Below are positions 25,695 through 35,022 of a stretch of 64,000 nt of DNA, piece after piece. Both the position numbers and the translations under genes were made by a program. Below the pieces are notes generated by a model. The model ran no database searches. It had not been told where the DNA came from and saw only the letters and a program-made list of their open reading frames with translations. Source of the stretch: a virus. Every line of letters begins with the position of its first letter. Positions within the stretch are counted from its first letter, which is position 1. The stretch spans positions 1 through 64,000 of IMG/VR virus record IMGVR_UViG_3300044490_000250. One strand, written 5' to 3'.

Positions 25695-28061
25695 CTACGA
25701 CAGCCCCAGCAGGTTGACCGAGGACAAGTCGTCGGTGTCCAGCTCAAACCTCACCGTCAGCTTCGCGGCTGGGATATGGGCGACGTACTCCGCCGGCTTG
25801 TTCTCGTCGAAAGGTGTCATAGTGTCGGTGGGCAGCAGATCACAGTAGGCGTAGCTGTGGTCATCGGCCTCGGTGCTCTCCACCTTTTCCATCGAGACCA
25901 CTGTGTCATCGTCCACGGAGGCAGCGTTCTTGAGCCGCACCGTGAAGACCGGGCGCTCCGACGTGTCCTCGGACGGGTACTGCGCCTGGATGTCTCGCAG
26001 GCGCACGTAGACCCTCCGCTGAGCTGGGTCGGCGGCTTGGCCTGGGTTGAACGCGGCCATGCTGAGTTCGAAGGTCTCGGGCGACTCGTCCACGACGACC
26101 GACTCCGGGTTGTGCTCGTAGCCCGTCACTCCGAACGCGTGTAGCCACCACGTGCCGTCGTCCAGCCGCAGAGTGCACTGACCGGAGGAGTTGCTCGTGG
26201 CTCGGGCGACCGGCAGGCCGTCCTCGGTGGCCGCAGCGGCGACCCTCGCGCTCATTATAGGCACGTCGCCTGTTCCCAGTACGGTGACGATGACGGTGCG
26301 CGCTCCGGTGCCGGGGCCCAGCGCATCGAGTAGCTCAGGCAGCGTCGTTCCTGTGTCTTCCAAAATGTCGTCGAGATGCTCGTCAATGCTGTCGGCGGCG
26401 GGCGCCCCCGCGCTCGGCGCCAGCTTCATGGCATCGCGGATGTCTTGTGCGTTCGGAACCGTAGTCACTGGGGCATCAAGGTTGTCGAGTTTCGCGGCAC
26501 GAGCAGAGGTCCATACGGTACGGTCGAGCCACTGTGACGCATTCGATAGTGCATCCAGAGGGAACCCTTCCGGCGGGTGCCCGTCCGCCCATATGTCGCT
26601 GACCGCTACGTCGTTCAAGGCCGCGATTAGGGATTGGATGTCGTCGAGCGTGTTGAGTGTGCCGCTGACCTCGATACGACCATCCGTGTCCACAAGCAGG
26701 CTGCGCCCGGCGGTGACTGCCGTGAGGGCGGGGCGTTTCACGTTCACATACAACGTCTCGCTCCGCGCCTCGTTGGAGGAGATGGTGAGCACCAGTTGAG
26801 CCGACTGCACCCCATCCCCCAGCGTAACCATGCCCGCCTCGTCGATGGCAAGTGAGTGAACGCCAGGTTGATTGGCCGCGTCTACCGCCTGAACGGTCGG
26901 CGTCGTCATAGCCGTGTTGGCTCCGCCGTCCAGCGAGTAGTTGACCGCGACCCCGGTCAACGAGGTCTCGGGCGTCTCCAGATCGGTCGAGTCCACGGCC
27001 TTGAAGTACACGTACCTTCCGTCGTCCGCGTGAGCAATCTCCGCAACCATAGGGGAGACAACCGCCGGGGCTCCCCAGGCTGCCGTGATGGTGTCCACGA
27101 GCAGGACAACGCATGGGTATGCGGTCGCGGTGTCAGTCCACGCCCCGGAGCCGGTGCGCTGCGTGAGAATGTAGTTCGCGGGCAGCCCGGCCCAATCTAC
27201 AACGGTCAGAGTACGGATAGAGTTACTGACCGCCGAGGTCGTATAGAAGACGACCCGGTACGTCTGCCCTGACGACAGGGAGATGGGTGTGAAGAACTGA
27301 GACCACCGCAGCCCGTTGCCGTCGAGGAGGTCGGGAATGGTAGCCGAGCCAAGGAGGTTTGACGCATAGTCGTAGACCCGCACCTCATTGGTCTGCCCCG
27401 TCGCCCCGAAGGACAGCGCGGTCTTGACACCCGTCAGGGTCATGTCTGCAGGAGCCGTAAACTTGACACCAATGTGGTCAGGTCCTGACGAACTGTACCC
27501 AGCCGACGCAAGTGCCGAGACGGCCAGCCCCCCGTAGTATGTCGTGCCTGCAATCGCCGAGAAGACGGGCGGATTAGCAGGGAACGCCGTCCAGGATGCG
27601 CCGTCATAACGCCTCGCTAGGCAAGATGCCCCGACACCCGACCCCGTAGTCGTCTGATCGGTAATGGTCACCTTGTTGGATGCGTTGATCGTACCGCTAC
27701 TGTAGCGGATGGTCACATGGATGACCGTTCCCGCCGCGATGGAGCCCGTGTTGCTGTCCAGCGTGATCTCGGTCCAGCCCGCTGCCAGGGTCTGCGAGTG
27801 ATATGCTCCACCGCCGTTCAGGTACGTCCCGCTTGCCACGCCCGATCCGTTGTCCGACTCGATACCGATAGTATAGGTCGGAGAAGACCCTGTGACGGAC
27901 GCCACAAGGATGCCGACCTTGGTCACGGTTGCCGTGGTGGGCATGGTCAGCCGCCACGAGACAACCTTCCCTGAGGCGTCCAAGGCATAGTTCGATGCCG
28001 TTGAGCCCCACAGGTCCCACCACGATGGGAGGCCGGAGTTGACGGTGAGCGTCTGTTGCAT
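25695..28061 (-). CDS. Tail fibre / receptor-binding-type structural protein
   Basis: 788 aa, S/T/G-rich; N-terminal tandem beta-sandwiches resembling DUF4082 (GVKFTAP..TLTGV; FFTPISL.SGQTY); C-terminal Ig-like region. Confidence 0.6.
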   Translation of the reverse strand: MQQTLTVNSGLPSWWDLWGSTASNYALDASGKVVSWRLTMPTTATVTKVGILVASVTGSSPTYTIGIESDNGSGVASGTYLNGGGAYHSQTLAAGWTEITLDSNTGSIAAGTVIHVTIRYSSGTINASNKVTITDQTTTGSGVGASCLARRYDGASWTAFPANPPVFSAIAGTTYYGGLAVSALASAGYSSSGPDHIGVKFTAPADMTLTGVKTALSFGATGQTNEVRVYDYASNLLGSATIPDLLDGNGLRWSQFFTPISLSSGQTYRVVFYTTSAVSNSIRTLTVVDWAGLPANYILTQRTGSGAWTDTATAYPCVVLLVDTITAAWGAPAVVSPMVAEIAHADDGRYVYFKAVDSTDLETPETSLTGVAVNYSLDGGANTAMTTPTVQAVDAANQPGVHSLAIDEAGMVTLGDGVQSAQLVLTISSNEARSETLYVNVKRPALTAVTAGRSLLVDTDGRIEVSGTLNTLDDIQSLIAALNDVAVSDIWADGHPPEGFPLDALSNASQWLDRTVWTSARAAKLDNLDAPVTTVPNAQDIRDAMKLAPSAGAPAADSIDEHLDDILEDTGTTLPELLDALGPGTGARTVIVTVLGTGDVPIMSARVAAAATEDGLPVARATSNSSGQCTLRLDDGTWWLHAFGVTGYEHNPESVVVDESPETFELSMAAFNPGQAADPAQRRVYVRLRDIQAQYPSEDTSERPVFTVRLKNAASVDDDTVVSMEKVESTEADDHSYAYCDLLPTDTMTPFDENKPAEYVAHIPAAKLTVRFELDTDDLSSVNLLGLS

Positions 28062-28082
28062 CGTGGCCTTCGCCTCCAGGTA

Positions 28083-29084
28083 TTATGGGTAGGCGGGACT
28101 GTACGTGTTCCCAGACAGGTAGAGTTGCGGACTGCCGGAAACGACTAGGCTATCCGTCACCCCAGTGACAACGGATTCGACCAACTCAAGCGGCGCTGTC
28201 CCTGTGTGCTGAACACCGTAGGTGTCGCCTATGATCGAGCACCCACGCGCCTTCACCAGCCCACTCCCTGCAATCCACACGCCGAGAGCGCTGTCGATGT
28301 CACAGCGTTCGATGAGTACGGTCCCCTCCCCATAGCACTTGACCCCATGTGTTCCACCGCTGATTAGGCAGCGGTGCAGCTCGCACATGAAGTCCTCCTC
28401 AACCTCCACGTTCAGGACGCAATCGCGGATGAAGCAACCCCACAGGGTAGCCTTCCCGCGCCTCCAGTTGGCGTCCGCGTTCGTCAGTTGGACCCCCCTC
28501 GCCGAGCAGTCAACGATGGTCAGCCCTGATACTCGGAGGATGGAGTTGTCGATGTTGTTGATGCCGTTGACCGAGTTGGCGAAGACGCCGCCGATGATCT
28601 CGGCGGTCGTGTCGGAATGTTGGCTGAAGCAGTCGTCCCCTGCTCCGGTCCCCATGATGTCGCGGAATACGGCGTCGCTGGTGCCGTCCATGTGGAAGCA
28701 GTCGTTGGGGGAGTCGCGGACCTCAACGCGCTGGACCAGGATGCCGGTGGCTCCGTCTCCGATGCCGATGCCATTCGCGTTGGCACCCGTCACTAGGAGG
28801 TCCTGGACGGTGAGGTTGGCGACCGAGGTGATTGAGATCGACGAGGACGAGGACGAGTTCACGATGGGGCGCGCTCCAGTGCCGTAGGCTCCCCACACAG
28901 TCCCGTTCCGAGCCGCGCCGGTCAGGATGAGTGCGGCGTTGAATGTGCTTCCGCGCTTGAGCAGAATGTGGTCTCCAGAGGTGTACGTCTGCTGCCGCGC
29001 CCAGTTCAGCGTTTCCCAGGCGTTCGCATCGGAGGTACCGTCAGCAAAATCGGAACCGCCGTTCTTGACGTAGTAGGTTGCCAC
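28083..29084 (-). CDS. Right-handed parallel beta-helix (pectate lyase-like / depolymerase) protein
   Basis: ATYYVKNGGSD..G.S...AW.TL, GDHILLKRGSTF, GAYGTGARP; Asn/Asp ladders. Confidence 0.8.
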   Translation of the reverse strand: MATYYVKNGGSDFADGTSDANAWETLNWARQQTYTSGDHILLKRGSTFNAALILTGAARNGTVWGAYGTGARPIVNSSSSSSISITSVANLTVQDLLVTGANANGIGIGDGATGILVQRVEVRDSPNDCFHMDGTSDAVFRDIMGTGAGDDCFSQHSDTTAEIIGGVFANSVNGINNIDNSILRVSGLTIVDCSARGVQLTNADANWRRGKATLWGCFIRDCVLNVEVEEDFMCELHRCLISGGTHGVKCYGEGTVLIERCDIDSALGVWIAGSGLVKARGCSIIGDTYGVQHTGTAPLELVESVVTGVTDSLVVSGSPQLYLSGNTYSPAYP

Positions 29085-29085
29085 T

Positions 29086-29394
29086 CTACCCCTCCGACTT
29101 CGGTTTGCGTGTTAGCGTGTGCAAGCCTGTGGCACCCAACCAAGCCAACGCAACCGCCGCGACAAGCTCGCCCCAGTCCACGGGCGTTCCCGACACCTGG
29201 AACGCCACCCACGACGAGACGAGGCCGATCGTCGCCGCCGTCACCGCTGCCGTGACCCGCTTCGGCCAGTCGGCTCCCTGCTGCGGGATTACGCCCAACG
29301 CCTTCAACCCTCGCATGATCGCCCAGGTCAACGCGCCGATTACGGCGACCTGGAGTTCGGGGCTGTCCATAAACGCCTTGGCGAGATGTAGCAC
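29086..29394 (-). CDS. Holin-like 3-TM protein
   Basis: GGAGGG RBS, three hydrophobic helices, basic C-tail. Confidence 0.65.
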   Translation of the reverse strand: MLHLAKAFMDSPELQVAVIGALTWAIMRGLKALGVIPQQGADWPKRVTAAVTAATIGLVSSWVAFQVSGTPVDWGELVAAVALAWLGATGLHTLTRKPKSEG

Positions 29395-29420
29395 GGGGTC
29401 CCTCCGTAGACAAACAGCAA

Positions 29421-29450
29421 AAGGCAGGCGCTGAGAACAGCGCCTGCCTT
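29421..29450 (-). terminator. Intrinsic terminator ending the glycan cassette
   Basis: 13-bp perfect stem AAGGCAGGCGCTG/CAGCGCCTGCCTT followed by T-rich TTGCTGTTTG on the - strand. Confidence 0.75.
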
Positions 29451-29474
29451 GATAGTACCCACTCACCCAGCGGT

Positions 29475-30818
29475 TCAACCGGTAGGAATACCCGTTTCGT
29501 GCGGGGTGTAAACACCGTGCTCATCGGCGCTGGGCTCAGGCATCTGCGCCAAGTAGACCGGGTAGTGCCAGACCGCCCCGTGCTCGGGGTGAAACCCCAA
29601 GAACCACTGACGTGGTACGCTCCCTGTCTTCAGCGGCCCGGTGCTGAACGGACTAGGACCTGTGAGGCAGCCGTTGATGATCTTCTCGCCGTACATGTTG
29701 TCCAAGGTGGACGCGGCGTGGAAGTGCCCCATGTGGATGTAGTGGACGGGGATGTTGGCCAGCGTGGCCATCTTCGCGGATTCGCGGTTGATCCCGTAGT
29801 AGGGGATTCCCAAGTTGTTGGGGATGTCGTCCCCGTGTAGGATCACGTGGTTGAACCTGGGGGCCAGCGGGAGGGTGTACGCCATCCACGGCCCTTCACT
29901 GATGCACCACTTGAGCCTATCTTCGTCTCTGAACCACCCAGCCAGGAACTGGTAGAGCAGCTGGTCCCAGTTGTTCTTCGGGTGCTGCTCCCCCTTCTTG
30001 GCTGACATGCGCCCGTGGTTTCCTCGCACACAGTAGCAGGTGATCGTCTCGTAGTAGGGGAGCAACGACTCCAGCAGTTCCCGAGCCGCCGAGGCGCACG
30101 CCCACATCTGTTCGCTGGTGGGGGTGTCGATATGGACCCCCTGCCCCCGGAAGATGATCTCGCCCTCGACGAAGTCCCCTAGCCAGTTGATGACGAGGTG
30201 GCGCACATCCCCCGTTGCCTGCTCCTTCTGAGTGAGGCGGAGCACATGCCTACCCAGCAGTCTCACCCGCTCTGTGAGGATGGGCGTTGACGCCTCCCCC
30301 AGCCCAGCCACATCGTTCGCCGTCCAGTAGCTGCCCATCTGCCAATCGCTAAGTTCGAGGATCGCGTAGTGCGGCCGGCCGCGTCCCTCGTGGTTAGGGG
30401 CGGAGTAGGGTCTGGGGGTGTACCGGCCGACGTGGCTTAGCACCCCGTCCACCACCGCGTCGACGATCACTGCTTTGCGCGCTAGCTCGTCTTGGAGAGC
30501 ATCGATGGTCTTCTGCTGAGCGTCGGCGCGGCGTTGGTACCGCTGCGCCACAGGCGTGTACTGCTCGTGTGCGTACCCGCCCTCCAGTGTCGTGAGCACC
30601 TCCTCAGGCGTCATGTTGGCTGCTTGGTGCACTTGCGCGAACGCGTGCAGAGCGTGCATGACAGCACGGTGGCTCATGCCTAGCTCGTTTGCGATCTGCC
30701 GACGACTGCGGCCGTCTACTTTCATGCGAGCCACGGTGAGGTCCCGTGACTTTAGACCGATCCCGTTAGCGATCTGCTGCAACGAAACGGCAGGGCGTAC
30801 TTGATCGGCGGAAGGCAT
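29475..30818 (-). CDS. Calcineurin-like metallophosphoesterase with N-terminal HTH and coiled coil
   Basis: LSDWQMG, LGDFVEG, GNHG, HGD, GHFH, NGCL; GAGGAGG RBS. Confidence 0.85.
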   Translation of the reverse strand: MPSADQVRPAVSLQQIANGIGLKSRDLTVARMKVDGRSRRQIANELGMSHRAVMHALHAFAQVHQAANMTPEEVLTTLEGGYAHEQYTPVAQRYQRRADAQQKTIDALQDELARKAVIVDAVVDGVLSHVGRYTPRPYSAPNHEGRGRPHYAILELSDWQMGSYWTANDVAGLGEASTPILTERVRLLGRHVLRLTQKEQATGDVRHLVINWLGDFVEGEIIFRGQGVHIDTPTSEQMWACASAARELLESLLPYYETITCYCVRGNHGRMSAKKGEQHPKNNWDQLLYQFLAGWFRDEDRLKWCISEGPWMAYTLPLAPRFNHVILHGDDIPNNLGIPYYGINRESAKMATLANIPVHYIHMGHFHAASTLDNMYGEKIINGCLTGPSPFSTGPLKTGSVPRQWFLGFHPEHGAVWHYPVYLAQMPEPSADEHGVYTPHETGIPTG

Positions 30819-30828
30819 GTAGTCCTCC

Positions 30829-31770
30829 TCAGGACCAGCAAAAGCATCCAGTGCGCGCAGCGTGGGAAGCGGTGTCCACGGCGGCCTGGACTGCGTGGTG
30901 TAGGCTGAACCCCTGAACCAGCTCCGACGTGAACTTGGCCACAAACACGTCGCCGGCTCCACAGGTGTACCGGCCTGGAGTGGCATCCCCCGGCCGCACC
31001 CACACTGGCTGGGGGATCGGGGTGCCGCAGGAGTTGTACACAGCCCCGCTTGCGCCTTGCGTCACCACCACCGCCCCCAACCTGCGGTACCGTGCAAAGG
31101 CGGTCGTCCTGCCGGCGAGAGCGTGCAGCACGTCCACAGGGCGCGCCGGTCTGCGCGCCGACCGGCGGCGTTGGACTCTGGCGACAGCGTCTGCGTACTC
31201 GGCGGCGTTGGGGGTGGCGTAGTCCACGTGGCAAGGCAGGGGGATCAGCGGTGGCGTCTTGATGTCCACCACCACCAGCACCTCCTTCGGGCAGCCCTCA
31301 AGCAGCCAGCCCAGCCGCTCCAGCGCCCCACGGCCGTACCCACTCACCACGAGCGCGGCCACGCCAGTCCAATCAAGCGGCGCCGAGTAGACGGCCTCTC
31401 GGGAGGTGGCGGGGTTGTAGTCCCAGCGCCCAGAGATGACCGGGGTGCCGTCAGGTTCTCGGCGACCCGTGCGTATGCGAAGCAGCGTCTCCCCGGCTCG
31501 CAGGTAACTCCTCCGCTGCACTCCCACAGCCTGTAGAAGCTGATCCAGAGTGTCCCCGTAGGCGTCGGTGCCCAACTCGGCGCAGAGAAACACCGGGTGG
31601 TAGTTGACAGCGAGCACCCGTGCGACGTTGGATGCCATCCCCGGGCTGTACTCTGGAGGCGTGGCCATCTCGTGGAGGATGCAGGGGGCCTCCTGAGCCA
31701 GCCTTTGCGGAGCCCCCATCATCCAAACGTCCAAAGCTACGTCACCCAGCACGACAATCTTCGGTGGCAT
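30829..31770 (-). CDS. PfkB-family sugar kinase, HldE/RfaE (heptose-7-P kinase)-like
   Basis: VVLGDVALD..G..RLAQEAP, PGMASNVA, SGYGRG, TPNAAE, TCGAGD. Confidence 0.8.
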   Translation of the reverse strand: MPPKIVVLGDVALDVWMMGAPQRLAQEAPCILHEMATPPEYSPGMASNVARVLAVNYHPVFLCAELGTDAYGDTLDQLLQAVGVQRRSYLRAGETLLRIRTGRREPDGTPVISGRWDYNPATSREAVYSAPLDWTGVAALVVSGYGRGALERLGWLLEGCPKEVLVVVDIKTPPLIPLPCHVDYATPNAAEYADAVARVQRRRSARRPARPVDVLHALAGRTTAFARYRRLGAVVVTQGASGAVYNSCGTPIPQPVWVRPGDATPGRYTCGAGDVFVAKFTSELVQGFSLHHAVQAAVDTASHAARTGCFCWS

Positions 31771-31825
31771 CAGTGAGCGCCTCCCGTTTCTGAGACATCT
31801 ACGAACCGCGTGTTGAGCAGCGGGT

Positions 31826-32677
31826 CTACAGTCGGGCACCCTGCTCGTCGTAGTTCATCAGCAGCAGCTCCGTGCGGCGCGCCTCCGAGGGCTGGTGAGA
31901 GCGACTGGCGCAGAACACGTCACGCTCGACACGCCTCCAGCCGGCGTAGAGTGTGTCCACCAAAGGGCAGATGTAGTTGCTGACCATGACGCGAGCCTGA
32001 CACTCGTTCAGCGCAGCGGCGAGCCGACGATCGTCAGCCTCAACCCACGGGTATCGGTAGTACGGGTTCGTGTCGGAGTCGCGGTAGACGGTTGTGGTGT
32101 ACGGGCTGTCCACGTAGAATAGGGTGTCGCGGTGGTCGTACTTGGTGATGATCTTCGCGAAGTCCAGATTCTCGAAGAGCACCTCTTGGATGCGTTGACT
32201 GACCGCCGCGATCCTGGCTGTCGCGCTACGAAACGCCCGCGGGGCCCAGCTCTTCTGGTCCAGGTCCGGGTGGTGGTGGAACCCCGCGTTGTCCTTGGCG
32301 ATCCAGGAGCTAAACGAGGTTCGTAACAGGTAGAAGAACCGAACCGCGCGCTCCATGTCGCTCAGTTGGCGCCAGTCGTCTGGGGTGTAGAGGTACTGAC
32401 GCCGCCACTGCCGGAAACGGTTCCGGGAGTAGGGCAGCCGGTTGAGGTGCGAGATCAGCTCTTCCGGCCGGAGGCGCACCACTTCCCAGAGGTTGATGAG
32501 GCTGTCATCCAGGTCGTTGACCACCTCACGCACCTCACTGTTGTAGGGCCGGGCCAGCAGGATACCGCAGGCACCGGCAAACGGCTCGACGTACATTCGA
32601 TAATCTGTGGGCAGATGCGGGAGAATCCACCGAGCGTGGCTGGCCTTCCCACCCACCCAGGCAAACGGGGGTCTCAC
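31826..32677 (-). CDS. dam: Dam-type (D12 class) DNA adenine methyltransferase
   Basis: WVGGK, YVEPFAG, NDLD..LIN, FYVDSPY, ELLLMNY. Confidence 0.88.
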   Translation of the reverse strand: MRPPFAWVGGKASHARWILPHLPTDYRMYVEPFAGACGILLARPYNSEVREVVNDLDDSLINLWEVVRLRPEELISHLNRLPYSRNRFRQWRRQYLYTPDDWRQLSDMERAVRFFYLLRTSFSSWIAKDNAGFHHHPDLDQKSWAPRAFRSATARIAAVSQRIQEVLFENLDFAKIITKYDHRDTLFYVDSPYTTTVYRDSDTNPYYRYPWVEADDRRLAAALNECQARVMVSNYICPLVDTLYAGWRRVERDVFCASRSHQPSEARRTELLLMNYDEQGARL

Positions 32678-33699
32678 AGAGCAAGCACCTCTCGGTAGAG
32701 ATCAACGCACGCCGCCGCAGCGTCATCCCACCTGTAGAGGCGGGCCCGACGCGCCACGTCGAAGTTGCGGAGCTGGCAGCTCTCGGGCTGCCAAGTCATC
32801 ATCTGCGCCATCCCGGTAATGACCGCGGCGGGGTCGAACGGGTTGGCGTACTCCGCCGCCGTACCGAAGACTTCCCGCTCCGACGCTTGGTTTCCTACCA
32901 GGACGGGCAGCCCCACCGTCATCATCTCCAGCGCGGCCAGCCCGGGGGTCTCGTAAAGGCTGACCTGCCAGCCGAAGCGCGCGGAGGCCATCGCCGCCGC
33001 CAGACAGGCCCGGTCCAGGATGGGGGGCCAGAACGAAACGCGCCCTTGACGCTCACGACGAGCGTGGCCGATCACCACCCCTTTGCACTTGAGCTCGTCG
33101 CACGCCTCAACGAAGAGCCACCCGTTCTTGCGGTCTTCGAAGCGGCCCACGTAGAGCCACGCGCCCTGCAGGTCCTCCTTCAGCTGAGGGTCCAACGGCG
33201 CCTGCGCCATGCCAAACAGGTCCTCCACGGCGTTGTACTGCACCCGCCACGGAGGACAGGCACCCTCAAGCATCTGAGCGATGACGCCCTGCTCGGTGTA
33301 GCTGTTCGGCAGCGCGCCGGCGCACGCCCGTAGGAGCTGCGCCAAGTGCCTCTCGTGCCGCATCCCCTCCTCCGTCCCCTCAAGGTACGCCCGCTCCGCA
33401 GAAACCCCAGCACGCTGCTTCTGGTACGTCGCGAAGGCGTGCATGGGCCAGTAGATGGTGCTCAGCACAAACTGCTTGCGGTGTTCCTCGCACCAGTCCA
33501 CCACCTGCTGCTCCGCGCGACTGCTCGCGAAGCGCACAAGGTGGATAATGTCAGCGTCGACCGCCTCGGCGATGTCCGCAACTTCGACGTGGCTCACACA
33601 CTGCACGGCGGGGTGCTTCGCCACGGCGCTCACTAGCTGCCGCGCGACCTGTTGGCTTCCACCTAAGGCCCCCGTCGCGCCTACCATGACCACCTTCAT
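32674..33699 (-). CDS. GT4-family glycosyltransferase
   Basis: LSTIYW, LPNS..E, VGRFEDRKN, SLYETPGLAALE. Confidence 0.85.
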   Translation of the reverse strand: MKVVMVGATGALGGSQQVARQLVSAVAKHPAVQCVSHVEVADIAEAVDADIIHLVRFASSRAEQQVVDWCEEHRKQFVLSTIYWPMHAFATYQKQRAGVSAERAYLEGTEEGMRHERHLAQLLRACAGALPNSYTEQGVIAQMLEGACPPWRVQYNAVEDLFGMAQAPLDPQLKEDLQGAWLYVGRFEDRKNGWLFVEACDELKCKGVVIGHARRERQGRVSFWPPILDRACLAAAMASARFGWQVSLYETPGLAALEMMTVGLPVLVGNQASEREVFGTAAEYANPFDPAAVITGMAQMMTWQPESCQLRNFDVARRARLYRWDDAAAACVDLYREVLAL

Positions 33700-34748
33700 A
33701 GCACATCGTCTCCTCTGATTCTCGCAAGGATGCGGGGGGAGTCGCTCCGCACAATCTGTAGATGAGACAGCACGTAGTCCAGCACCTTCAACCGCTGCCA
33801 GGACATCCCGGGGTCCTGCTCCTCCCTGGTCTTACCATAGAACGTTGAGCCGTAGACGAGGGTCTCCTGAGCGTAGAACCACGCCTCCAGCGCGACGTTG
33901 GAGCAGAGCGTCAGCACCTTGATGTGCGGCAGAGACAGGATGCTGTGGATGTTGAGGTCGGCCGCCAGACGACGCGAGTACCCGACAGCCACCGCAGGAC
34001 TCGGGCACCGAGGGTGAGGCTTGAACCACGCACCCTCCCGCTCAGCCGCGCTCCGCAGGTCAAGCAACACCTGCTCGACGTTGGGCTGCACGTAGAGCGC
34101 GTTGTCCCACTCCACCTGCCCGAACCAGACTGTGTCCCCCGGCTCGACCACCGTTTCTCGCAGGGCCACAAGCCGCTGGTGCCCTGGCTTGGTCTGCTGG
34201 AGGCGGCGCCACCACCGCCCGTAGTCACGCACCCGCTGGGTGTGTGGCTCCCAAGAGGCAAACCACTCCGCGCGGTCGAGCGACGCCCCCAACACGTAGT
34301 AGGGCACGTCCCGCGTGATGATGACCGGCACGTCCCCGTCTTGTGAGGGGAAGAGCCCGTTCTCCAGGAAGGCGACAGGGACGCCCGCCTCCGCGGCGGC
34401 GAGCCTTGCACTCCAACTCACCACTTCGTGCGTCGCCCAGATCAGAACCACATCTGGCCGGCTCTCCTCCAGGCGTTGACGCCAGCAGTTCAAGTACCAC
34501 TGCGCGCGCCGCTCCCACCACGGCACAGAGTTGGGGGCGTCACGGTACCGCGAGTAGCGGTGGTTCGCCGCCCACAGCATGTACTGCACCGCACACTGCG
34601 TCAGCGGCTCGATGTCGCCCGCTGCCCCAGAGACAGGCGGCACGTCGGCCCACACCTCCACTGCCTCCCCTTCCCGCATCAGCGACTGCGCCAGGGGGGC
34701 CATGACGTGCTTCTCGATGTCGTAGTTCTCAGGGACCAGCGCGATCAT
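33696..34748 (-). CDS. KpsS/KpsC-like capsule glycosyltransferase (beta-Kdo transferase-like)
   Basis: FLENGLFP, FGQVEWD, FKPHP, TLCSNVALEAW, YGSTFYG. Confidence 0.75.
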   Translation of the reverse strand: MIALVPENYDIEKHVMAPLAQSLMREGEAVEVWADVPPVSGAAGDIEPLTQCAVQYMLWAANHRYSRYRDAPNSVPWWERRAQWYLNCWRQRLEESRPDVVLIWATHEVVSWSARLAAAEAGVPVAFLENGLFPSQDGDVPVIITRDVPYYVLGASLDRAEWFASWEPHTQRVRDYGRWWRRLQQTKPGHQRLVALRETVVEPGDTVWFGQVEWDNALYVQPNVEQVLLDLRSAAEREGAWFKPHPRCPSPAVAVGYSRRLAADLNIHSILSLPHIKVLTLCSNVALEAWFYAQETLVYGSTFYGKTREEQDPGMSWQRLKVLDYVLSHLQIVRSDSPRILARIRGDDVL

Positions 34749-35020
34749 CGGACGACCTTGGCGAGGTAGTGGCCACACTCAGGGGCCACGGCCTCTTCCA
34801 GCCACTCCTGCATACTCTCAGCGAGCGTCCCCCAGTCAACCGGCTGCGGCAGCGCCTCAGCGAGGTCCTGCAGCATCTGGGTGAGCTGGTCCGCGACGGT
34901 GTGGTAGTCCACACACTTAGGCTGAAGGATGCACGTGGCACAAGCGGGGACCCCAGGCTGCGCTGGCAGCGGGTCGCCCTGGTACGTGTTGGGCAGCGCC
35001 CTTTCGAGTTGGAGATACAC
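34745..35020 (-). CDS. Small Cys-rich protein
   Basis: CATCILQPKC (Cx2Cx5C). Confidence 0.55.
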   Translation of the reverse strand: MYLQLERALPNTYQGDPLPAQPGVPACATCILQPKCVDYHTVADQLTQMLQDLAEALPQPVDWGTLAESMQEWLEEAVAPECGHYLAKVVR

Positions 35021-35022
35021 TC

